Shown here: positions 14,763 through 28,927 of the stretch, in pieces
How the letters are laid out: each line of letters begins with the position of its first letter
How positions within the stretch are numbered: the stretch's first letter is position 1
From: the human T2T-CHM13v2.0 reference genome, Homo sapiens
NCBI RefSeq assembly: GCF_009914755.1
Contig: NC_060946.1
Direction: 5' to 3' (one strand)
DNA: 64,000 bases
The notes under the pieces: model-generated
Databases searched by the model: none
What the model was told of the DNA's origin: nothing
What the model saw: only the letters and a program-made list of their open reading frames with translations
Translations under genes and position numbers: made by a program

Positions 14763-15171
14763 CAGTCTTTCTTCTAACAACAAGATATTGATTCTGGAAA
14801 GCCCCGAACAACCCCACAAAGTACAAAAACAACTATAATAATAATACCTCTTATTATAACTGTTGCTTTTATGTGCAAAGCATCTGCTCAATTTTCCGAT
14901 GTGGCTCTTCACTAATTTCTTATGGTCTCTTCTCTCTCATCATGAATTTTTTTGTATTTTATTTATTGCTTATTTCCAACTCTTGTGCCCCACCCAAAAT
15001 AATGCCAATATGGACCATGCTGAATAACTGGTTGGGACCAAACACAGGGCTGCCCAGGAAACTCTTCCACTCAGAGAGGTGTAGGCCTTAGCTCCTCCCC
15101 AGGTGCCAAAGTACAAAAAGAGGCTGAAAGCACTGGGCTGATCTTATGATCAATAAAAGATAAGTGGGAGA

Positions 15172-15567
<396 letters not shown>

Positions 15568-15851
15568 TTAGTGCCATGGGTTAACTTTGAGCTGATTCTC
15601 CTGGTTGGTTTCATATTTTCAAGCATACTTTAAGGTCTTTGGAGGCAAAGATGGCAGTTACCTGCAGACCTTCCCAAGCACTTTGCAGGATGTTATACAC
15701 AGAGAAAATGTCAACAGTTTGTACTGATGAAGGAGACAAAGAGAGAGACAGGCATGCAGAGGGAGAGGAGATAAAGAAAAAGGGATGCCAGAGAAAGGAT
15801 CTTACTGTTGCTTACCTCTTTTTGAGTATTTCTTTCTTTTCAAATATCTAG

Positions 15852-16380
15852 TATAGTGGTTTCCAATGAGAGCAGGACTGATTCCTAGTGGGGTATTTTG
15901 GAAACCTCTGCAGGTGTTTTTTGTTGTTGCTATAATTAGAGGATGCCATTGGCTAAATTTAGAGGTGAGGTCAAGGGATGATCAACATTCTGCACTCTAC
16001 AGGGAAATTCCACACCACACACAATAGTCCCTTGCCTCTCATGACTTTCAAATGTCTCAGCAGATAGTCATTTTAGTGAAAAAGACGTCAATAAGCAGCT
16101 ATGTATAAAATCTAAACCACATTTTACATTTAAACTCTGAGTGTTTCTGCACATTTTAATATGTGCTGAGTTTTCTAGCAAAGCATCTACCATGTAAATT
16201 GAGGGAAGATCGTACTCCACTTTGTTTGGAATTTTACCAAGAGCTGCTCGTCATTTTGTAAAGTAATGATACCAGTAGCAGTGCTGCTGGCAGCATCTGA
16301 GTCATCAAACGATGCACCTGTATCTTTCTGCATTTGTAGCTGTCATGTGTAAAGGAATTCTGTTGATGCCTGCACAAGAT
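15852..16380. mobile_element. hAT-Charlie (MER20B-like) DNA transposon remnant
   Basis: TAGTGGTTTCCAA start followed by TTTTGGAAAC...TTTTTGTTGTTGC...GATGCCATTGGC, similar to the MER20 group. Confidence 0.55.
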
Positions 16381-16405
16381 CATTTCGTCCTGTCTTCTAG
16401 AGCAC

Positions 16406-16518
16406 TGGGGTGGTCAAATATCTTGGCTTGCCTGGGACTGAGGGGTTTCCTGAATGTAGAACTTTTAATGCTAAAATTGGGAAAGTTCCAGGCAAATGAG
16501 GATGAGCGAGCCACTCTA
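16406..16518. mobile_element. MER81 MITE (hAT-Blackjack)
   Basis: TGGGGTGGTCAA...GCCTGGGACTGAGGGGTTTCC...TGCTAAAATTGGGAAAGTTCCAGGCAAA...CACTCTA matches recalled MER81 consensus. Confidence 0.8.
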
Positions 16519-16587
16519 CTGAGTATTAACATATTGAGATGCATGATACTTTCAAAATGATACAACCTACACTTTTTCATATCTCTC

Positions 16588-17161
<574 letters not shown>

Positions 17162-17566
17162 ACTTTTTCATACCTTCTACATACACAAGGTGCTGGGCAT
17201 ATGAAAAGTGATGGAAAAAAATATTAAATGAATGGGAGAAGAGGGAGAGAAAAAACAGGCCATTTTCTCAGAGTTGCTAAAATTAATTCTGTTCTATGAG
17301 TATGCGACTTTCCAGAAATGTGCAGCTGATACCAAGGCACACCTTCTCACCATCCCACAGTTTGAAGACATTTCATATTCTTATATTTTCTGCAAAGTAT
17401 TCTCCAAAACATCTTTGGAGGGGAAAGGAGGTTGGTCTGCCTTCTGAAAAGGAATCATGATATCACAGGATCACATATTTCACAGGAACTTCAAGGTTAC
17501 TAAATCTGGATAATCTTTTTCACTCAAAGGGCCTCAAACATATATTGTTGGCCAATGTATCTAGTC

Positions 17567-17909
<343 letters not shown>

Positions 17910-18845
17910 TAGACAGGTGCTGTGCTTGGTGACAATGGTAGAGACATGGCGCTTACCCCCTTATGCCTGGCACGCTTTGCATATTGACACTGCCTGCCTT
18001 CCACCTGCATACATGTGAGTCTGAGACCTCACTGTTATCAGGACACAAATCACCTCTGGAGTTTTGATAAGTCATCCGGAGCCTCACCTTGAACATCTGC
18101 TTTGAGATAATAAGGAATAACTGGGAAACAGTTCTCTTTTTGATTCATTTGTGGTCACAAGAGGAAACCAACCACAGCTTACAGGAAAATAAGGAGTGTG
18201 GAAAAAGAGTGGGGTGCTGTGGGCTAGCTGATGTCCCCAGAGAAAACTCAGCTGTCAGCAAGATGGCAATGCTCCTGCATCCAAAACACAGCTGCTCATC
18301 TGTAATCTTGAGGCAATTTTGTTCAGGGGATAACTGGCTGAAAAGAAGAGAGCTGAAGTGAGAGGCCAGGAACTTGTTTCTGACAGTAATATCAGAAGAT
18401 AAGGAGATGGAATGCCCTCTTTTGTCAAACTGCACCTCTTTTCACTCCACCATCTACAGGACATGCACCAGGGAGGGGGAGCCAGGCTGAATTTGGGGAC
18501 AGGGAATGGCATAGTCTACTCACTGGAACAGAGTCTTTGTGTTTAATATGAGGGGTTTAGAAGCTTTTTCAGGAATCTTGCCTAATCCCATATAGAAGAT
18601 GAATACTGGGGTGGGACTACCAGGGTTTGAATCTCTGTTTCATCTCTTCCTATTTGCATCACTTTACCAGTCAAAGGCAAGTTGCATATCTCTTAATTGG
18701 TCTCCTTATTTGTTAAATAAGGATGATAATAATAGGATTTATGTGATAGAGATGGTTATGAAGACAAACTGAAGGAGATCAAGGTAGAGAAAATGTTTAG
18801 ACCAGTTCCTAGTACCTACTTGATAATCAGCATCAGTGAGTCATA

Positions 18846-19186
<341 letters not shown>

Positions 19187-19324
19187 TAACTCATTATTTT
19201 TTTCACAGCTTTATTGAGATATAATTAGCATACTGTACAATCAGCCATTCTTTTTAACCATGTCTGCTGCCCAAACACCATCCAGAGCCCCTAATTTGGA
19301 TAGGTGTTATTAGAGAATATTGTC

Positions 19325-20065
19325 TGTGAAAGGAAAATAAATCTTGGGACCCCAAAATCACTAAGCCAAAGATAAAAGTCAAGCTGGGAACTGCTGGCAA
19401 CTGCCTCAGGCAAACCTGCTTCCCATTATATTCCTAAATAAGATAGCTACAAAGATTTTAAAAAGAAAAAACAAAAGCTACGTATCTTCCTCACAATTTG
19501 GCCACAAGGAAATTCCCTGTGAAACTCAATATCTTTATTCTAAAACAATTCTGCTGAACTTCACCTGGCAATGTAAATTGATAGCTGATTAGCTGATCTT
19601 CACAGGTGTGGGACAGACAGTCCTCCCTCTGCTCACCTGAGACAAACGCATACCTGGATTGCTTCCTCTGCCCTATTTATGTAAAAATGCAGATTCATTG
19701 AGCCAGACTAAGGCAAAAGTGACTATTTCTCCACCACTCTTCTCACTGTAAATTGTGTGTTCAGTGAATGGATGATCAAAGACTCAAAAGAATGCAACCC
19801 TTTGTCTCTTATCTACCTATGACCTGGAAGCTCCGCCTACTACTTCGACTTGTCCCTCCTTTCTGGACCAAACCAATGCACATCTTATACATATTGACTG
19901 ATGCGTCACGTCTCTGTAAAATGTATACAAGCAAGCTGTCTCCTGACCACCCTGGGGCACATGTCTTCAGGACTTCCTGAGGCTGTGTCATAGGCATGTC
20001 CTTAACCTTGGCAAAATAAACTTTCTAAATTGATTGAGACTGCTCTCAGATACTTTGGGTTCATA
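19325..20065 (+). mobile_element. MER4-family ERV1 solo LTR
   Basis: Starts TGTGAAAGGAAAATAAATCTTGGGACCCCAAAATCACTAAGC; AATAAA near the 3' end; ends TTTGGGTTCATA; 4-bp TSD TGTC at 19321-19324 and 20066-20069. Confidence 0.92.
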
Positions 20066-20319
20066 TGTCCTTTAAATGAAGTAACATTTCCTTTTTGGTT
20101 CTCTTCCCTATCCCACTGCACCCCGCCCCCCAGCCCAAAGAATACTAGGGTATTAACTACACCCAAAAGGTGCTCTCCAAAGGTATACATTCATGACCAG
20201 ATCATAAGCAAGGAGGGCAGAAGCAGAGAAACTCAAACGGCGATGTCAGAGTGTGGATAACTAACATTAGCAGAACGTGCACACAGGACCTTTTCATGCA
20301 CGCAACATGCAGCTTCGGT

Positions 20320-20745
20320 GACATGACTCGGATGTGAGTCATGAGGTGCTGCCCTGCGATTCTTCGGCTCGGTGACAATTGCTGGAATCGAAGGACAGTG
20401 GGGAGCCTTCTGAGCCTGTCACAGTGCTCTTTTCTCAGGTCACAGAAATAACTTTCCTGGGAAAAGTTTCCAAAGAGATGAAAAAGAAACAGCTCAGAGC
20501 TGCGTGGCGGCTCACCGCTAAGTTTTCAAAGTGCCACTGGTGACAAGAAATTCTGGGAGGAATGTTCTCAGAAAAAGCCCCACCTGGGGCGTGAGAGACC
20601 CTGACACTTCATATGTACAGATTTCTTCCTTCTTAGTTGAGTCAGGAGATCAAGTGACTATAATTACAGGCTGCAGCAAAAGCAAGGCCAGGCCAACGGG
20701 TCCCTTCCAAGAAAGGGTTTGCTGTCAGTTATAAGGAATGGGGAA
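20320..20745. promoter_or_regulatory. Candidate enhancer (AP-1/STAT/TEAD motif cluster)
   Basis: TGAGTCA at 20335 and 20638; TTCCTGGGAA 20454; TTCTCAGAA 20565; TTCCAAGAA 20705; GGAATG twice; retained CpGs; repeat-free. Confidence 0.45.
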
Positions 20746-21989
20746 TTTTTCAATCTCTAAAGAACTCTTTGTTAAAAGTTTCTACTTGATAATTATGCCG
20801 TCTAAAGATGCTTTGTCAAAGTCCCTCTTTGTTTAGAAACTATGCTTGCTTGTTCTTTTGGGTTCAACAAAAGATCAGGGAAAAATGTGTCAATCTGTAT
20901 TCCAAATAAGGTAAATGAAAACTGCCTGTCCTCATGGGACCTTAATTTCATGTCCAAGAAAAGTAGTAAAAGCGTTCAGAATACCCCCAAAGCTTGCCTG
21001 TGGTTAGACACAACTCCCCCCAGCCATGCACACACGCACCCCCACGTTCGCCACAAAATGCCAGTGAGCTCCGCCAGGTCTTAGAGCTCAGCTGAGTAAT
21101 TCCACCTTCAAGCAATGGGTTAGAACCAGTATGGCTATGACCCAGGAAAGTACTAAGCATTGCAATTCATCGGTAACAGATGGAGAATTAAGGCCTTTGG
21201 TCACCATCAGTCTTTCGATGTCCTGCAAATTCCATTTCATTGCAGTAAAAATAGCCCAAGTGCTTGGATAAAGGATCCCTGACTGTCGCTGATCTAAAAT
21301 ACTCACCCTCTGCTGAAACCAAACCTCTTTCTACGTTTCTCAAATGGGCAGCATCTCTATTTGCATCTGAGTCACAGGTCTAACTCCTTCCTTTTCCTGG
21401 AAGCCCTCCTCTAACTCAATGGCTCTTTCCTCTACCTCTTCAGGGTTAAAGGTGAGCCCTATTTCACTCACCCACGCATAGGTTGATTAAGCTCTAATTA
21501 TGTCAAGTTCAATGGGCACTGGGAGAGAGGAGGATAGGGCCCCATCTCTGCTCACAGTCCAGTCCAGAGGGAGCAATAACATGGACCACAGGGGCCATTC
21601 TCAGAGGAGAAGCTCATCAAATGCTTGGGAAATAAGCAATACTTTCCAAACGGGCTTCCACTGGACACCAGTGCCCTGAGCCACTGTGTGCCTGCCATAG
21701 TCTCTTCTTTGAGCTTCAAAACACATGGAAGTACACTGAAGGCTAAAGGAGCTCCAGGCTTAAACCAGTTTCACCCACAATCTCCCCAATGTATTTAGCC
21801 ATGGAGGCTCTTTTGCCTAGAACACCTATTAACATCTTGTGTTCTGCAAAATAGTCTGGGAAACAACACCGCATTGCAAAGTAGGATGAAATAATGGCCA
21901 TGAGAGAACTTCAAATAAAGAGCCAAAGGGCGAAACTTCCTCCATGCTGCTTTCCTAACTGCAGAAAGATGAAGAGGTCAAACAGATTT

Positions 21990-22190
21990 GTTTGGGAACT
22001 CAGTTTTGCCTTTTGCTATTTGCTACCTGTGACCTTGGCCAAGTCAATTAGCCCCTCTGAACCACAATTTCTTCATCTGTAAAAACATAATGAACTGTCA
22101 CAGGATTTCTGTGTGAATTAAATGAGATAGCACATGAAAGCATCTGGCACAATGCCTAGGAGGAATCTAGTAGGTGCTCAATAAGCATTT
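21990..22190 (+). mobile_element. MIR
   Basis: CTGTGACCTTGGCCAAGTCAATTAGCCCCTCTGAACCACAATTTCTTCATCTGTAAAA. Confidence 0.85.
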
Positions 22191-22659
22191 CTTTCTTTCT
22201 TCTCCTTAGTTCCACTGTGTTCCCGTAGCAGGGATAGTCCAAGTCCCTGATGTGGCACTTAAAGATGTGAGAGGGCATCGCTAACTATCTTCTCCAGTGG
22301 ACAGATTTCCTAGAACATGGATGTTGGGTACCGGGGGACTTAGACCTTCCATTTAGCCCCCAGGATGGAGCAGGTGGCTCAACATGTAGTTGACACCAAG
22401 GATTTTTACTGTACAACAGCTTTTCCCCCAAGGAACCTCACCATTCATATGAGTGTTCCTGGTAGCAAGTGGCATCCTTTTTTGTTTAAGCCTGAATTCC
22501 TGAGGCCAACTTTCCTCCTGCAAGCAGGTGCCAACTTCCTCTGTGGCCAAGAGAAAGGTGCTCTCCAACTGGGGGGCGAGGTCTCCCATGCACCCCTTGG
22601 TGCTGCCCTGGGGTTATGCCTGATGTTGCATTTACTAGACAGCCCTGACATTGTCCCAT

Positions 22660-23002
22660 TCCCCTATTAGACCCTCTGCTCTTTCAGAACAGGAACATGG
22701 TCTTGTTTATTGGTATCCTCCAACACCTAGCACAGCATCTGGCACCTGATGAGCATTCAGCAAATGATGGGTGGATAAAATGAATGGATGACTGGATGGA
22801 CTATTGGATGAACAAACAGAAGGAAGAGGGAAAGGGAAGGGAGAAAGGAAGGAAAGATCTGGTCTCAATTCCATGGGAAGATAAACTCCATAGAAACAGG
22901 GACTTTGTCAGTTATTTCTACAGTCAACAGGACTAGAACAGTGCCTGGCATATAACAGAAACTAAATCAATGTTTCTTAAATGAAAGGATGAATGACTGA
23001 AT
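22660..23002 (+). mobile_element. Two L2 3'-end fragments
   Basis: CACCTAGCACAGCATCTGGCAC...TGAATGGATG and GACTAGAACAGTGCCTGGCATATAA...TGAATGA. Confidence 0.7.
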
Positions 23003-23140
23003 AAGCCAAGCTACTATTTGGAAAATTAGCAGTAAATAATTCCTACTCACCAACAAATCAAATTGCTCTGAGATTACTTCCTGATCTGTTTGTTCCCCAC
23101 AATTACTAGAATATTTTAATATTTATGTAAATCAAAATGA

Positions 23141-23569
<429 letters not shown>

Positions 23570-24049
23570 TGAACACAGAGAGTGAATGACAACCGAGGCG
23601 CAAGGAACAGGCACCCTGGACGGCTTCACGCAGACCTCGGAGCAGGGCTGCGCCATCCCAGCTAGAGTGTGTTCTGCTAGAAATACAGAGAGTGACAGTA
23701 TCAATTAATCCCTTCATGATCCTAATGTCAGAAATGTAAGCCTTTTATGATGCAGTAAAACAATTTTTATGGGTTTTTCCATCCATCTCATGTCTTGATG
23801 TATTTTTTAATCAAAAAGGATAAGAACAAGAAGTCAAGCGGGTATAAATCTCCTGCTCATTTCTCTGGTTCTCTGCCCAGGGAGGGGAGGTGAGCCCCGT
23901 AGAGGTTCCTGTGCTCCCAGGGAGTATTTTCCAGAAAGCAGCCTTCTTCCAGTAGAGGAGAACCAGGCCCTGCTTTAAGTAATGTATATATTCTCCAAGG
24001 GCTGCATGTAAATGAAATCTCAGTAAATCAAATTTCATGTTTCCAATAA

Positions 24050-24940
24050 CTTTGGATGCATTTTATCTTTATTTCTGATGATAAAACAAAAAAAATTCCT
24101 TTCATAAAATGTGCACACTTGAAAAAACACAAAAAGAGTAAGTTACTTGCAATCTTATCACTTAGAGATAATTTTATAATGCAGTCTTAGACTTTTATTA
24201 TGTGTTTAGATATACAGATATATTTTGACAAAAACAGGATAACGGTAGAATTACTATATAACCTACTTACTCTTAGCAGCTGTTCTATAAATACGTTATT
24301 AACATTTCCTCATGTCGACACTCCACATTTTATGTATGATTTCCATGTTATTCAATTGTATGGATATACCAAAATTTAACAACTTAAATTTAAATTTATC
24401 TGTTTTTGGAAGTTGCCTATGTTTTCAAAATTTCCTCATCATAAATAATACTAAAAGCTCCCTATTCTCATCTCTTATAATTTCCTGGAAATGAAATGGC
24501 TGTGTCAAATATATACATATTTTAAAACTTAGATACATACTTTAAAATTGCCCTGCAAAAAAAAAACGCTTTAGTGATTTATACTTCTTCCAGCAAGGAG
24601 AAGTATTTACATTTTTCATACCTTTATTATCATTGGCACTATAGATACACACACACACACACACACACACACGTACACACACATTTTTTTTTTTTTTAAG
24701 CACTGCCAGTGTTTAATTACTGCTTTGGTTTTCAATTTTTTGTTTACTTTGTGAAGTAGAGTTTTTTTTATGTGTTAAATGACTTATTTGGGTTTACTTC
24801 TTCAGTGGAGAACATTCATGTCTGTGGGCCATTATTTTTTTAAATGCTTTGTAGGAACATTTTACATATCGAAATACTGATCCATGATTTTTAATCTATG
24901 GTGCACATTTTTTCTAGAATAGTTTGTTTCAAACAAAAAT
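24050..24940 (-). mobile_element. Old L1ME 3' region containing a (CA)n tract at 24647-24683
   Basis: T-rich; TATTCAATTGTATGGATATACCA, GAAATGGCTGTGTCAAA and TTTATACTTCTTCCAGCAA are antisense L1M hallmarks. Confidence 0.65.
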
Positions 24941-25098
24941 TTAATGGTGTTTTGTTACCTCTTCTCATGCACCCTATGAATTTTTCATTTGTCTTCTTGT
25001 CAAACAGTACCAGTAAAGCCATACTAAAGCAGATAAGAGAAACACCACCATTCACGGCAGGTATATCACTAATTTTTCTGTTGGATGAGCAGAGATTT

Positions 25099-25205
25099 CA
25101 TTCAAGGTGGATATTCCCCGGGTAAACCTTGCCCGTTAGAACAACTGCCAACATTCAAGGTGGATATTCCCTGGGTAAACCTTGCCCGTTAGAGCAACTG
25201 CCAAC
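25099..25205. repeat. Tandem duplication, 2 x 53 bp
   Basis: CATTCAAGGTGGATATTCCC(C/T)GGGTAAACCTTGCCCGTTAGA(A/G)CAACTGCCAA at 25099 and 25152; two mismatches. Confidence 0.97.
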
Positions 25206-25950
25206 TGAAACAGAGGTTGACAGATGATGTAAAAATTGGTCATAAAGAGACCGGCACCAGTTCTCTTAGCAAAAGTCAGGCAGTGGCCACCTCATTTAGG
25301 ACAATAAAATTTTGAGTGACATACAGGTCACAGACAGAGTCAAGAATCTGTAGTGAGGAAACCTGCATTAGAGTTTCCTTCTTTCCTACCTACCAGACAG
25401 TTAGGTCAACTTCTTTGATTTTCAGCTTTCTCACTACCTACCAGATATTATTACCATCATCATCATATCTACTGTACTCCACAAACTAGCTCTTAAATCT
25501 AACTGAAAGCACTTCTTGAACTGTTAAGTGTTATCAAAATGATTGCTACATTTTATGACCAATTTGAATCAGGAATTAGGTAGAATTATTTGGTTTGAGG
25601 TCAAAAGCAGGAGTCTTGGAAGTTGACTTGCAAGAAAGGTCATAACCTAGAAAAACCTCTCGGAGACTCTATCCCTCTTGCAATGGGTCGGTGATGGCTA
25701 TAATATTAGCAAAGACAAGGTGTTGTTATTCATGCTTTTCTCCTCTTTCCTTTTTCCTTTCTTCTGTTTTTGTATTTCTCACACATTTATCGGGCATTAA
25801 GCCATGGTGTTCTATGCTGAGCCTTGTTCCAGTAACTGGGGGCTCAGGGTTGAACAAAACATAATAGGGATCCTCAAGGGACTCACAGTTTCTGGATTTG
25901 GAAAACTACTTCCTGCATGTTAAAGGCAGGTCTCACTGCAAGTTAAAAGA

Positions 25951-26148
25951 GCATCACACACTGGGGCCTGTCGGGAGGTTGGGGGCTAGGGGAGAGAGAG
26001 CATTACAAGAAATGCCAAATGTAGATGACGGGTTGATGGGTGCAGCAAACCATCATGGCACGTTCTGGCCATGGTTTGGCCACCTATGTAACAAACCTGC
26101 ACGTTCTGCACATGTACCCCAGAACTTAAAGTATAATAATAAAAAAAA
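25951..26148 (+). mobile_element. L1PA7-like 3' fragment
   Basis: CATCACACACTGGGGCCTGTCGG...GGGTTGATGGGTGCAGCAAACC...GTACCCCAGAACTTAAAGTATAATAATAAAA. Confidence 0.92.
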
Positions 26149-26151
26149 CAC

Positions 26152-26224
26152 CAAACAATCCAATAATACTCTTTCAGTTATTTAAAAATGTACAATGAAA
26201 TTATTATTGACTGTAGGCACCCTA
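26152..26224 (-). mobile_element. Short L1MA-type 3' fragment
   Basis: AAACAATCCAATAATACTCTTTCAGTTATTTAAAAATGTACAAT...TTATTGACTGTAGGCACCCT matches the antisense L1MA 3'UTR. Confidence 0.7.
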
Positions 26225-27339
26225 TTTAAAGAAAAGACTCTTGTCCCTATTGAGGTGTTGGGAAGCAAAATGGAAAGCTGGCTCCATAGTTCCTGGAAAT
26301 GTCAAGAGTTTGAGCACTTGAGGCAGCTCCAGGAAGGTGGGGGTACAAATGGCACCTTCTCTACCTGATGCTGGGAAATCAGGAAAGCAGAGATTGCATG
26401 CGGGATGGACAGGACTTACGTGGCCTGGAAGCAAACCAACCAATGTAGCTCCGGAAACCTCTGCCGTGTATCTTCATTAGGTTGTAGTTATGTGTCTTGT
26501 GTTCTGTTTACTATTATCGTTTTCTTCCACCTCCTTTCTACTTGTAAAATTTCAATCTTTTCAAAAGTCTTGGCTGGCCCACCTTCCATTTGGTTCACAC
26601 TTGAGTGACAGCACTAAGGGTTACATAGCATCATCCGGAGGCTCGGCAGACAGGCCTCACCAGAGAAGGTCATATTCAGAGGACCCCAATACGGGCTTTC
26701 ATCCAGCTCTCTCTCTTAGAGAGGAAGGTATTTTTACTTCCAGAGCCACTCTGGAGATCCAAGATTTCATTTTATTAATGGAAATGCTTCCCCTTGCAAC
26801 CATCAGTCCACCAAAGCTTGGAAACACACTGATATTGGGGGCAGAGGTAGTGTCATGCAAAATTAGCTATTGAGTTCCCATGTCCAGAGGACTGAGAGGG
26901 TGATGGTGAACAGATAGGGACAGAAAGGACAGAGGTAAAAGAGCAAGGGCAGTGAAGAGGCAGGTTAAAGATGGTCAAACAGCAGCTCTAGGCATTTAAG
27001 GAAAGAAACAGGTGAGTGTGGGCAAGGAAGTAGCCAAGGGGAACGAAATAGGAGGGGTCGGGCTGCATTAATGAATGCTAGTAATGATCGCTGATGCTCT
27101 TAATTATAACCACAGGGCACTGAAGATCCTGCCTCGTTAAAGGACGATTAAATTATCTTCACTCTGTTAAACTGATGGAGGCAGGAAAGTGGGCCACTGG
27201 CTTGTAGAATTTTCTACAGAAACAGGGATGAAAGAATTGGAGATCTGGAAGGAGTGGCATGCTAGGGTGGAGAATCCTGTTCCCCAAGGCCCCTGTTCCC
27301 CATGCATCTCATCAGCCTGCTGCTGGGCATGGCCTGGCA

Positions 27340-27510
27340 GCAGAGGCGGTCAACACCATCCTTTGGAAGGTGAGATGCGTGACCTTGACGGCCGGAAGTT
27401 TAGACTTTCTGGGAATCCTTGAGCATACGGGGTGCGGACAGTGAAAAGCCGCGACACGGGCCTCATTGCTACAAATACATTTATCTACCCGGGCTGTACA
27501 CGTGACACCT
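27340..27510. promoter_or_regulatory. CpG-enriched candidate regulatory element
   Basis: TGACCTTGA (ERR/NR5A) 27380, CCGGAAGT (ETS) 27392, CACGTGAC (USF/MiT-TFE) 27499; about a dozen CpGs. Confidence 0.45.
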
Positions 27511-28327
27511 TCTAAAGCTGCACCTCACCAAATACACAAAGAGCCTGGGACAACAGACACCTTGGGGAAGAGTTTGATGTTCCTGGGTTTAAAAAATTCG
27601 TCAGCTACAGTTCTAATGTTCCTCTCACTTCATCACACAATCTTTCTTGATAAAATCAATATTTATGGGGCTAGGTGCTATGGGTGATTCAAAGAAAAAT
27701 GAGCCAGATCTCTAACCTTGAGGAGTTTCAATGTAATGATTATATAAGAATCTTTCTTATTCTAAAACCAATGTCATCATGATTTAAATGCAGCAACAGG
27801 ACTTATCCAATAAATCTTACTGTGAATCATACTTGGAAAGAGAATAATGTTTCTGGAAAACAAATGTTAAAGGATGATCAATTTCCTCTTTTCCCATCTT
27901 CTTAGAGTTTCTGCATCTTAAAGTGAGAGCTATGTTACAGAACAGTTTGCAAGAAGGCTTTGAAGGGCTGTGACTCTTTCTGGAGATCAGAGCTTCAAAA
28001 CTAGAATTCTGGCCTCCATGACAGAGGTGCTTCCACGACAGGAGAGCGCTGGGTTCTACTGCCTTGCTGACTTTAAGTTAAGAGTCAATTAATGGTTGCT
28101 TTTACTTTGTCTCCTCCAAACTGTTTTGCGCCCATCCGCCAACAGGTGCAGCATCAGGACTAAAGCCATGCCCCCGGTCTGGTTATTCCTGTTCAGCTTC
28201 TCTTCCTCTTCACATCCTCTGACCTCTCTTACCCATTCTTCCTTATTGTCATTTTTGTGACACTATTGCCACAATTGTCACTATTGTCACTTATTGTCCT
28301 AGAGTGATATCCACTCACCCAAAGTAA

Positions 28328-28927
<600 letters not shown>

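Noticed and set aside
18081-18130. Possible 9-nt - strand microexon (AAAGCAG|ATGTTCAAG|GTGAGG)
   Set aside because: The polypyrimidine tract is weak and there is no upstream UGC motif typical of regulated microexons; compatible with chance.
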